Below, in pieces: positions 45,467 to 56,481 of a stretch of DNA of 64,000 bases (position 1 is the stretch's first letter; every line of letters starts with the position of its first letter). A program made the position numbers and the translations under genes. Source of the DNA: Saccostrea cucullata. Its lineage: Eukaryota. The notes beneath the pieces were generated by a model. That model was not told where the DNA came from. It saw only the letters and a program-made list of their open reading frames with translations, and ran no database searches. The stretch spans positions 1 to 64,000 of the forward strand of contig NW_026928871.1 of the NCBI RefSeq assembly GCF_032062105.1, given 5' to 3'.

Positions 45467-48400
45467 CTATCTGGGGTACACTGCTGGTTGTGGCATTGAG
45501 AAGTTGCCACTAGGGTAAGGTAGATTGGGGAGGCCACTGGGGCAGGAGTAACTGTTTGTGGAGGAGTTAATGGCAGGAACATCTCGCCGCGAGAGTCCAG
45601 AATTCATCAGTTCTGTTAATTTCTTCACTTTCACTTGTCTTAAATGAGCAACTGTTCTTACAGGCAGATAATTTTCCAAGAAAGCTTCATGGTTTATCTT
45701 ACTATCACAGAACTGCTCTGCAAATTGCTAAAATAAAACAAAAAGCATAAAATTAATTATACATTAAACCAGAAGTCTCTGTCGAGACTATAGCTCTACT
45801 GGTTTGCACTTATAACAAAGGATGAGAAAAGAAGCCATTGCCATCAGACCAAAACTGTAGGAGGAGAAGCGTTTTAAAGGAATTTCACAGAAAATTCTAT
45901 TTTTTAACCATGGCAACATTTCAAAAACCGATGAAAATGTATCTACCAGACCAAAATTGTTAGCTAAAGGAATTTCACAGAAAATTCTATTTCTAATAAC
46001 CATGGCAACACCGTTTATCAAAATCAAAATCCGATGCACTATTTTATGTATCTTAGTGTAGTCTACCAGACCAAAATTGTAGGAGGAGTAGCGTTTTAAA
46101 GGAATTTCACAGCAAATTCTATTTTTAGTAACCATGGCAACACCGTTCATCGAATTCAAAATCCGATGCACTATTTTATGTATCTTAGTGTAGTCTACTT
46201 GTGTGTTAAGTAATACTGAAATCAGACCAAAACTGTAGAAGGAGTAGCGTTTTAAAGGAATTTCACGAAAATGCTATTTTTAGTAACCATGGCAACATCG
46301 ATCATCGAAATCAAAAACTGATGCACTATATTATGTATCTTAGTGTAGTCTAATTGTGTGCCAAGTTATATTGAAATCAGACCAAAACTGTAGAAGGAGA
46401 AGCGTTTTAAAGGAATTTCACAGAAAATTTTATTTTTAGTAACCATGGCAACACCGTTCATTGAAATCAAAAACAGATGCTCTATTTTATGTATCTTACT
46501 GTAGTCTACTTGTGTGCCAAGTTATATGAAAATCAGACCAAAACTGTAGGAGGAGTAGCATTTTGAAAAATTGTTTACAGACAGACAGACGGACGGACAC
46601 CTTACTATCACATAAGCTCTTCTGGTCTCTGACCAGTAGAGCTAAAAATTCAGTAAAATACTCTAATATATAACTATTATATACACTGTGCTGGTACTTA
46701 TTTACCATACAATATCCTGTTTTTCTTTGATGACTGTAATGTATCATGATACTCTGACAGTTATCATGGTAATACAGTGTAGTATCTTACACAAATTTAC
46801 ACTTGAGTAAACAATGGATTGTTTTAAAATGATTTGAGGTAATGACAAGTGACAACTAGTTTAGATAAATTTTTATTAGATTGTTGAGTTACCTCTGCAT
46901 TTTCTTCTGACACTGCGGCAGCGGACTGTAACAGAGCCAGGACTGTGTCAGGGAGAAGGCGACTCGGGTGGGAATCTGTAGGAAATAAATCAAGTCAGTC
47001 AACAAGTCTTACTTGAGCAAAAAAACAAATTTAAACATGTTTTAAGATATGCAACCTTTCGTAAGAGCTGCTAGAGATAAAAATACTCATAGAAATAGGA
47101 CTGAAATGAAAAGATTGGGTAATTACATATCTATATTTATAACAAAACCTTATTTTGTTCAATCACACATACATTGACCACCTAGGATAATAATAAGAGA
47201 GAGTTGTTGCAATATATATATATAGATAGAGTAGAAGAATTTTCTTTTGCATTATCTATCATAGTATGCTTCTTTTCTACCTAAAATGATCATTAAAGTG
47301 ACATGTACAGTCAAACTCATTTAGTACAAATACAGATGGAGCCAGTTTCAGAATAAAGTCAAACATATATATTGCAAATGTAATATATGTATAGTATATT
47401 ACAAATGTAATATATGTACAGTATATTTAAGGAATCAATGTCTAGTATAGTATGCCAGGGCATCAATGATAGTGGGAAACATGGGATAATTTGCATAACG
47501 GGCGAAGCCTGTTATGCACAAATTATCCCATGTTTTCCCACTACCGTTGATGTACTTGGCATACTATACTAACTAGACAGTGATTCCTTATATTTCCATT
47601 TCATTGTGAAATAAAATTGTAGATTTAGACTTTAAAAATGTAGACATAGATTTAAATTACACGAGGACTCCCATGACAAATTTCAATAGTCCGAAATTTT
47701 TATGTCGCCCACTGATAAAAGTTTCAACTGTTTTGTTTACATTTTCAAAGACAGCCAAATTTGCTAAAAACAGCAAAAAAGATTTACATGCATATTTGGC
47801 CACCTTATTGTCAGACACAGAGACAGATGCGCACGAGATCTGCATGCATATTAGGCTTCCTTAGCTCCTAACCTATTGACCTGCCTAATTTACATTCCAG
47901 TAGAATTATCAAGAAATCAACCCCGCTACATCGTCTCAAGCCACGGTCCGGAGTCCGCATAAAGCTCTCTCCTACCCGTGGCTGCTTGATCATAACCACG
48001 GCCAGAATGGGAGAGTATCGTACATTTTGGCCGTGGTTTGCGACGATGACTCCGCTAACTTTCAAACAGTTATCACAGAGAAAAAATTAGAAATGGAAAT
48101 ATTGCAAATGTAATATATGTACATATCATATTATACAAGTATAGCAATGTACAGTTATAGTGAATTAAATTCACATATCCCCTTGACTTTGCTTAAACCA
48201 AGTTTTAGCACCCCTTGATTTTGATGAATTGTCGAAGTGCGGACACAATAAACTAAGTTCTATTTATATGTTCTTCTTTACCTATTCTAGATTTATCCTG
48301 AGCCAGAGCTATTTTCAGCTTATTAGCATCCTCATAACCTTTAGCAACTTCACTTTTCAAGTTCTCCAGACGATTTTGGAGAGATAAATTGTACTCTGCC

Positions 48401-49085
48401 ATGCTTTTATTTTTGGCTAGCATCATTTCTCTGTCTGTCTGTATGTTTTTGACCTAAAATCAGAGAGAAAAAAAAATAAAAATTTATTATCAGTGATATT
48501 CACCAAGAAATGACACTGAAATTCTTCCTTTTATAGTAATATATATATTTTTTACTTTATTCTAAGTAAATATAGATCTACAGAAACTTTACTACTTGTA
48601 AAAACTTAATTTTACCCAAGAGTTTGAGATATTAAGGAGAGTAAAATACATAGAGAACAAGAGATCCATGGGTAACTGTTCATTTGCATATCAAACAAAT
48701 AATTTTTGTTTTTCTGCTCTTAGGAAAAAAGATTTTAAAAAGATTTCCCTACATATTCAAATTCTTAATCTTCATTAAAAAATTGATTGCTCAATGTGAC
48801 CCCATGCTACACCTGGAACAGTCTTTAATCTAAACTACATTAAGATGTTTCCAAATAATATATATGATTTATCATGGTTTTGCACTTCTGGTGAAGATTT
48901 CAATTACCAGTATAAAGAATTTTCTTAAAGCAAACATTGACCTGCTGTAGATCTTTTATTAAGCCTTCTAGCTTGTCATTGTCTTCCAGTAGACTTTGCA
49001 GTTCATTTTTGTCCAGATGCTGGAGTATTCCCGTGGCCGCTGCCTCATCCACAACCAACTGCTTAGCTTCACTGGGGTAACTCAT
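45467..49085 (-). CDS. VPS37: ESCRT-I subunit VPS37 (VPS37B/C-like, Mod(r) domain), 219 aa; coding exons 49085-48942, 48453-48282, 46975-46893, 45727-45467
   Basis: EL..LLE, REMMLAKNKSMAEYNL, LALLQSAAAVSEENAEQFAEQF, FLENY...RT.AHLR.VK..KL, Pro-rich PYP tail; GT-AG introns in phase. Confidence 0.9.
45766..46648 (-). mobile_element. HINE/Helentron-like element with 156-bp tandem units, in VPS37 intron
   Basis: IR TAGCTCTACTGGT / ACCAGTAGAGCTA, GACA/GACG microsatellite, TCAGACCAAAACTGTAG recurring at 156-bp spacing. Confidence 0.88.
47425..48101. mobile_element. Crypton-like non-autonomous element: 170-bp palindrome plus a second IR pair
   Basis: Palindrome 47425-47593 with apex GCGAAGC (47502-47508); TATTTCCATTTC (47591) pairs with GAAATGGAAATA (48090); inserted into a 28-bp minisatellite. 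The Crypton label is inferred from architecture. Confidence 0.65.
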
Positions 49086-50314
49086 CACTAAGGTTATAAT
49101 GCAGCTTCACTCAGTCATCACTTTGTCCAATACTACAAAAAAGTATACATGTACACTGTATAACATTCAATTGACAATATTCCTTGACAATATTCCAAAT
49201 AATAATTTATGATTTTCCTATCCATGCTAAACGTGATTCAACACAATCAACTAGGTGACTGACCTTGTGCAGAAACCAACACCAGTGTTACAAGTGTCTT
49301 TCAGTAATTGCTGACCCAATAAATCTGAGAAAGGAAAAAAGCTGAAAATCAGGGTCAAGTTCTTTTGGAGTAGCACATTACCCTGTCAGTTAGCATTTGA
49401 TTCGTATACATGAATTCATGTAATGGATATATGTTTTGATTATGCATTAGTCATTTCACATGACCACTGGTCTGCATTTACTGTAAACAGGAGGCCCAGG
49501 GGCTTTAACAGTCACCTGAGTATAAAACAGCACATTATTAGATCCACAGAAGTACGAGAGAAAACATTTTTTAATATCTATTGATATATGAAGCCATGTT
49601 CAGCTGCCCAAAAGCAAGAGGGTGATCAAGAGTCAGCAAGATATGTATCATTATAGTTTGTAATTGTATAAATCATGCTTTTGTTTGTGATGCCTTAAAG
49701 GACCCTCATTTGGAAATAAAAAATCTATTTATTTATTTATAGTACTCAGTAACACATCTTACAGTAGATCTATGAGTTGGCCAGAAAATTACCTTACCAG
49801 TCTAAAACTGTTAGGAGCATAGTGATGTTAACTGAAGCTCTTACTTGTAGGTGTAATATGGGCTCCGCCAAACCCTACCGTGGGCACCATAATGTGAACT
49901 TACTTAAAGCAAAATGTTTTTTTTCAGGATGTTTTCATTTAAGTTTCATATTTTTGACCCCCTGCAGTGCTTGCTAGATTTTTTTTAAAGACATCCACTT
50001 TTTATACCTTTTCTTATACCTTTTCTTTATTATCTCCCCTTTCAAAAGGTTACAGACTTTAAGTTGAATAAACTTGATTATTATACCTCTACTGACTTAT
50101 ATAAAAGTTAGACATTAAAATGTGAATAATTCCCTAGAAATCTCTGCGACTTTTTGGGAAGCTAATTTCCCGGTTATCAGTAATCCTCTAGATTTTACTT
50201 TTGTATCATTCTTATGTGTTAATGGACTAATCCCGCTGCATTAGTCCTGAAGCTAATACCTCATCATTCATAATCCTCTATTTTTTTTACTTTTGTATCG
50301 TATAATAAAACAGT

Positions 50315-50470
50315 TAAAAAGTATATCATTGAGGGAGTTAGCAAGATTCCAGTTCCCCTCAACCAGGACTATTTCCCTCGGCTGTGTATTTTTTGCTGTG
50401 CCTCTGGAAATAGTCCTGGCTTTGGGGAACTTGAATCTTGCTAACTCCCTCATTGATATACTTTAACTGC
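50315..50470. repeat. ~150-bp palindrome (Crypton-like MITE)
   Basis: TATATCATTGAGGGAGTTAGCAAGATTC.AGTTCCCC ... GGGGAACTTGAATCTTGCTAACTCCCTCATTGATATA. Confidence 0.8.
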
Positions 50471-50591
50471 ATAATCACATCTACCTACGGATTCTTTGTC
50501 ACAATATTGGTTGAAATTGAAATATTAAAGAAATTTTACCAAAAAATTTGAAAGACACTAACAAAGACCTCTGTTCTCCTCATATCAAAAC

Positions 50592-50725
50592 CACAGGCAC
50601 CTGACGTTACTTATTTTTCTTATAATAAAAGATTATCCCAAACCTAATAATACACTGTATTATACTGTATTATTAGGTATGGGGTTAATTGTTTTTATTA
50701 AAAAAAAAAAAGTCAGGTGCCTGTG
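50592..50725. mobile_element. Palindromic MITE with CACAGGCACCTGAC termini
   Basis: CACAGGCACCTGAC ... GTCAGGTGCCTGTG, with internal inverted ACCTAATAATACA / TGTATTATTAGGT. Confidence 0.75.
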
Positions 50726-50894
50726 ACCAAAACTGTAAAACTGAGTGTGATTACATCTTTCCTTACACTTCTGTTCAATATTTCAAGAAGCACTGCAGCA
50801 ATCAAGTCTATATGCCTCTTTTAATTCTTACAAATGTGTGTTAATGACACTACTGGCACAAATGCGTCATGATAATGAATAATCGGGAAATTTT

Positions 50895-50960
50895 ACTTAC
50901 TGCCTTCAAGGATCTGTCATAATAAATCGGAACGGAAGCTGCGAAAATGTTTTAAGCGGA
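50895..50960 (-). promoter_or_regulatory. Probable non-coding first exon / core promoter of VPS37
   Basis: Minus-strand donor CA|GTAAGT at 50900 and CGGAA ETS-like motifs at 50928-50938. Confidence 0.4.
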
Positions 50961-51360
50961 CATAATTGAATTTTTAAATCGAACTATTTTCTCTATTGTT
51001 TAGGATTTCACATCATAATTTAGGCCCAAAGTGGTCAATTTTGTCTCATGACCGGTGCGATTATATTATTGATCGATCTCATCAGCATATTACCCATTAC
51101 AATAATTGTGTGAAAATTGTTGCCCCTCTGGTTCAAAATAAATATGAAAATTTTAAAATTTCGCAATCACATTCATAAATCATGCATGCAAGCGAAAAAA
51201 AAGTTAAAGAATTTAGCGATTTCTCCCTATAAAGTAACAGGCATGGGAGTGGGTTGCGCCCGTATTTTTTTTTTCCAGACAAAAACTGTTACTCTAGAAA
51301 ATGTTCATTGAAAGTCCGCCCTTCCCTTTTGGTTGCAGTATTGTCATATAAAGGTTAATT

Positions 51361-51597
51361 TAAACAATAAAATGCTTTCTTTGTTTGTTATTACTGGAAT
51401 TAACGGAAGCAGCTGTTGCAGAAAAAATACATAACTCGCGTAAGCGGGTTATGTAAATTTTTTCTGCAATAGCTGCGACCGTTAATTCCAGTAATAATAA
51501 ACAAAGAAAGACATTTTATTGTTTATATTTATATCTGTTTAATTAATCATTTAAAGTAGAATTAAAAAGATTAAATATTCAGTGGATGTAAATATTA
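51361..51597. mobile_element. Palindromic Crypton-like element, with a partial second copy at 52287-52598
   Basis: 165-bp palindrome with apex GCGTAAGC (51438-51445). The right arm and the terminal CAGTGGATGTAAATAT recur at 52287-52598. Confidence 0.75.
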
Positions 51598-53477
51598 TGC
51601 GGATAATGTATAGTGTAGTCTTTGAGCACCTGAGTTTGCAAAAATTTTGGTACTGACAGACGTTGGACATCAACCAACCACGATTTTCGAGGTTGGAAAT
51701 TTTCAAGATAATAAGAGTCCTTTTCTTTCTTTTTTTCTCAGCCTCCCCCCCCCCCCCCCTTCAAAAACGATGCTATGTCATTGATTCAGTTAAAATTATT
51801 TCACTGTTGTTAATTATAGATTAAATTATCGATGAAGCTTTTAGACAAATTTCAGAAACGTTGTTTATGGATCGAAAATCAAATGCCTATGCAAATTGAT
51901 TGTAAACAAAATAAGGGAATATTCTTAAAGTCATATATGGCTCATTTTTTATAAGTTAAAGTATCCAAAATTAAAAAATCTTTCCATTTGATTTATTACT
52001 TTATCTAAAGATAGGACCTTTTTGTAAAATAACAATTTAAATCAATCGCACATTTAGATAACAAATAATTTTAAATTTTAATTAATTATAGAACGGTTAT
52101 TGAAAATTAAAATCGATAAAATTTTGATTTGAACGTAAGTTACATTATTTTATGTATCCGGCATAACAAATCTTTCATATCATATGTATCATCATGTCAT
52201 TTAAAATATTAAACATGCACCTTCATGTTTTTTATCTGGAAGAAGGTACTCGTGTGTGGCCAATAAAAATTTTACATTTTATGAATGCGTAAGCGGGTTA
52301 TGTAAATTTTTTCTGCAATTGCTGCGACCGTTCATTCCAGTAACATGAGTAATAACAAAGAAAGACATTTTATAGTTTTTATTTATATCTGTTTAAATTA
52401 TCATTTTAAGTAGGATTAAAAATATTAATTATGTGTTATTGTGTTAATGATGCGAACGTCTTTGCACGTTTCATTGATGGAACGGCCACTGATCAAGAAA
52501 TCTGTACAGGTGATATGCCTAATGTAGTTCATGCAGTGATGAACGCAATGGGTTTTCTTAAGAAATAAAGAAGAAAATATTCAGTGGATGTAAATATATC
52601 TAGATACACTCAATATATTATTATCTTTTTTTGGCGCAGGTAGCCATATGTAAAGCTTTAAGCTACTTAATTGCATTTTTAAAAGCTGTACGATGCGAAA
52701 GGCATGTTCCTCAAAAGTTTGCTTTAGTCCAACACGCATTCACAGAAGAGATGTCCACAGGCTAAAATGCAAATGCAACTTCTCGTTTTATGGTTACATT
52801 TTACTAGGGACTTATATATGTCCCTGATTTTACACTTTTAACATTCAAAATATTAAATTTAGATAACGTTTTTTATATAAAACCTACATGGATTTTAAAA
52901 AATCCTTTTCATGACTAATAAAGTCGAGATTTTAATGCACATTTTATTTCTATGTAAATAAAGATACAGACTACAGGGTATTATTTAGATCATGTACATT
53001 GAAATAAAACAAAACGTTAATTCATCTATTTTTGAGTTTGGATTATAGTCAATGTACTCTAGACAGATATTTTTAAAAAATCACAACGGGACGCGAATAT
53101 TTTTTGTATGAGTTACGAAATTCAATTTCATCCGAACAGTTGTATATTATGACTTTGGCTCCGAGTCATTATGGAAGGGACGCGCTGAAATTAAAAACAA
53201 AAAGAGTGCTGTTTGGATGGTTTAAGTCACTAAAAGGTGATATGTCTGTATAATTTTTACTCAGTGTTTACAGAAGGCTATGATTGGATCAGATGAATGC
53301 AAATTCACGCTAAAGCGTTTTTACAGTGCAACAGTGTTACAGCGGATTACAAAATACCAGTAAAGTTTTCAACAGCTTGCTGGATAGCTCAATAGAGTAT
53401 TTAATTTGGTCTCACAAGTACCACATTAGGTTTGGATCTAGGGCATGAGGTTACTCTGATGTGTCATTAGATTTTAC

Positions 53478-54147
53478 CAGGTCCAGGAAAATCACTATAT
53501 AGCTTAATTTACCTACATAGCTTTATTTACATATATAATATAGCTTTATTATTAAAAGCTATTTTAGAATAAGTTTCTGTTTTATGAAAAGCAGACAAAA
53601 AGTCGCATGAAAATTATGGCTGATATTTTTTTAAAAAGGTTTGATAAAAACAACCTAGGACCAAGATAGTAATAACATTGCCTCTTTTAAACACTTTTTA
53701 CCCCAAAAATGCATCTCTATTGTTTGGATAGCTGTCCCTCACTTGAAGTGCGATGAGGCATGACTAAGTGTGATTGCCTTGCATTGTGCTGAATTATTAC
53801 CAATCAATTATCTTGTTGACCAAAACTGCTTTTCTTTGTTAAAGTAGCTGCTTAATCACAGCTTAACTATCATGACTATTATACATAGCCCCAAAACTTT
53901 TAGATCTTTGATTGCAATTCATTGCACAAAAGGAGAATCATTTTCAGAAGTGGGTTTTTGGTGAATTGTTTTCAGTCCATTTTAAAGTTGAAAGCTAATA
54001 CTGCCTCATTATGCGACTTTTTGTCTGCTTTTCATAAAACGGAAATTTACTGAAATAGCTAAATAAAGCTATATATTAATATAGGTAAATAAAGCTATAT
54101 AGGTAGATTTAGCTATATAGCTAAATATAGTGATTTTCCTAGACCTG
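53478..54147 (-). mobile_element. MITE (CAGGTC TIR, 5-bp TSD TTTAC), diverged relative of 2675-3365 in opposite orientation
   Basis: CAGGTCCAGGAAAATCACTATAT ... ATATAGTGATTTTCCTAGACCTG; TTTAC on both flanks; interior is similar to the reverse complement of the 2675 element. Confidence 0.88.
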
Positions 54148-54466
54148 TTTACAGATAAATGTGAGTTGATTTCAACAGATTGGGACCACAGACAAATGGG
54201 ATATAATAACCCATCTGGAATATACATGTAATATGTTTTATGGTGTGATTGTTGCGACAAACGCAATCCTATACACAGCTTACAGTTACAGTTGAATCGT
54301 TGATCTGCCTTTTCAAACGTGAAACTGCATGAGACACAGTCTAGACTGTGATGTCACATGTCTTGTGCAATATTTAATGAAATACATTGTAGAGTAGATG
54401 AAAATTTTTTTTGTTGCTTTTAAACTTTGTGCAAATAAAGAAGAGTCAACATATCTTTGTAAAGAA

Positions 54467-55031
54467 CAGGTCTGGTACAATCACTAGATTTAGCTATTTA
54501 GCTTGATTAACCTACTTAGCTTTATTTACCTACCCGAGGTAGCTTTATTTAGCTACCAAATCAATTTATTTCTATAAAAAAATCATTTTTCTGAGGGTGT
54601 GCAGAAAATATCATTTTGATGCAGTGATCATTTTCAACTTTGAACTCATCTCAATCATCTGAAAACAATTCATGAAAAAATCCCTCTTGAAGAAATGTCT
54701 TTTTCTGCGCAATTGCAATCAAAGTTCTGAAATTTTTGGGACTATGTATGACAGAATAGTTACTCCTTGAATGAAATGACAAAGAAGTCCAGTTCTGGTT
54801 AATACAATAATAAGTCGGTAATTATTCAGCACAATGTGAAGTAATCATACTCAGCCATGCCTCACCGTACGCATGAGGGAGGACAGTTAAATAAACAATG
54901 GAATTACATATTTAAGTTTTGCTCTAAATTGTTACATTGAAATAGCTAAATAAAGCTACCTGAGGTAGGTAAATAAAGCTACGTAGGTAATTCTACCTAT
55001 GTAGCTAAATCTAGTGATTGTACTGGACCTG
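54467..55031 (+). mobile_element. MITE, internally deleted copy of 2675-3365, 5-bp TSD AAGAA
   Basis: Same TIRs and interior; AAGAA at 54462-54466 and 55032-55036. Confidence 0.9.
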
Positions 55032-55469
55032 AAGAACAATTATTCTCAGTCTTTTCATGGTTTTTTGTATGTTTTAAAACAAATTCGCATTGAACCAGGG
55101 GAGCAAAAGAATTCTGGGAATGTTGCAAAGGAAAATTTGCTTAACCTATGTACATATTTCAATCTGAATTTCCTCTGTTCTTACACATTAGTCTACTGAG
55201 CTCACTGCGCTCCCTATTATTATACCTCATTATAATTATTCTACACAACACGTTATCTGATTGGTTCTAGATTATCACATGATGGGGCCATAAAACTTCA
55301 TATTTTATGGTCGTCAGCATGCTTTTACCATTCGTTCAAAGAAAACTCCTGAGAGTAGTAGACGTCACAATAGTCTGGTTTATGTCACAAAATTGCTGAT
55401 TAGTGATGTGTCAAAGGGTTTCAGTAACTTGACGTTAAAAATGATAGTGAATTTGAGATTTTATGTTTA

Positions 55470-55512
<43 letters not shown>

Positions 55513-55619
55513 CATTTTGTCCAGCGTCCGTCTGTCTGTCCGTCTAGCTGTCCATCTGTCTACAAACTTTTCACATTTTCGACTTCTTCTCAAGAACCGC
55601 TAATTTCAACCAAACTTGC

Positions 55620-55677
<58 letters not shown>

Positions 55678-55715
55678 CATTCAAGGGGAGATAATTGGGA
55701 ATAAATGAAAATTTA
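55470..55715 (+). mobile_element. Truncated HINE 5' portion, same family as 22410-24041
   Basis: TAGCTCACCTGAGCCGAAGGCTCAAGTGAGCTTTTCTGATCAC, microsatellite and first conserved block. Confidence 0.85.
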
Positions 55716-55726
55716 CATGTTTTAGA

Positions 55727-56050
55727 ATGGGTGGTACTGTAGCTCTCCGGTCTGTCGTTTTTTATTCAGAGAGTTACAGTTCTGCAGCTAATATGGGAAA
55801 AAATTCAGTAAAACATCTTTCAATGCAAAAATTAAATCAAAAAGAAAAAAACTTTTTAATAGATCTATTAATTAAATAAAACAACGACAGAAATGTTATA
55901 ATATTTACAATCAGAGGAACAGGTAGCTGTGGATCTGTAGCTCGCTGGTCTGAAAAAAGGGATATACAAATAGAGAGCTACAGTGACACCCACCGAAGAA
56001 AGTGTATATTTATTGCGCACAAAAAAGTGTGCTGTTTTCTCGATTTATTG
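55727..56050. repeat. Dispersed inverted-repeat element related to 25990-26130
   Basis: TGGGTGGTACTGTAGCTCTC ... GAGAGCTACAGTGACACCCA inverted pair. Confidence 0.65.
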
Positions 56051-56481
56051 CTTCATTTATTTATGCTGCCATCTCAAAATTTTACAAACCGTGTGTTCCT
56101 ATCATATTATTTTACTACTTCCACAATAAAACATTTCCCAAAACTGTTGTTTATAACCATTGTGTGCCTGAAATTGAGACTATTGAAAATTTGGCTATCT
56201 AAACCACAATATAGACCAGATAATTCAGTTCAGCTAGCTACAGATCTGCAGCTAGGAAACGGGGTACATGTACAGTGCAAACAAGAATCATGACAAATGG
56301 ACTGTTGGCAAATGAACTAGTATGAATAAGTGAATACAACAAATGAACCATATATTTATAACAATTACCGGTAACATTATCACAGCTAGTGTCAAAACAT
56401 TCATGTATGTTTCTTTGCCCAGTGAATTGTTTTTTCATATAATACAGTAAATTAAAGCTTCTTTTATGTATTTTTCAGGAA

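Noticed and set aside
45788-46171. 127-aa ORF with internal repeats
   Set aside because: Translation of 156-bp satellite units in a HINE.
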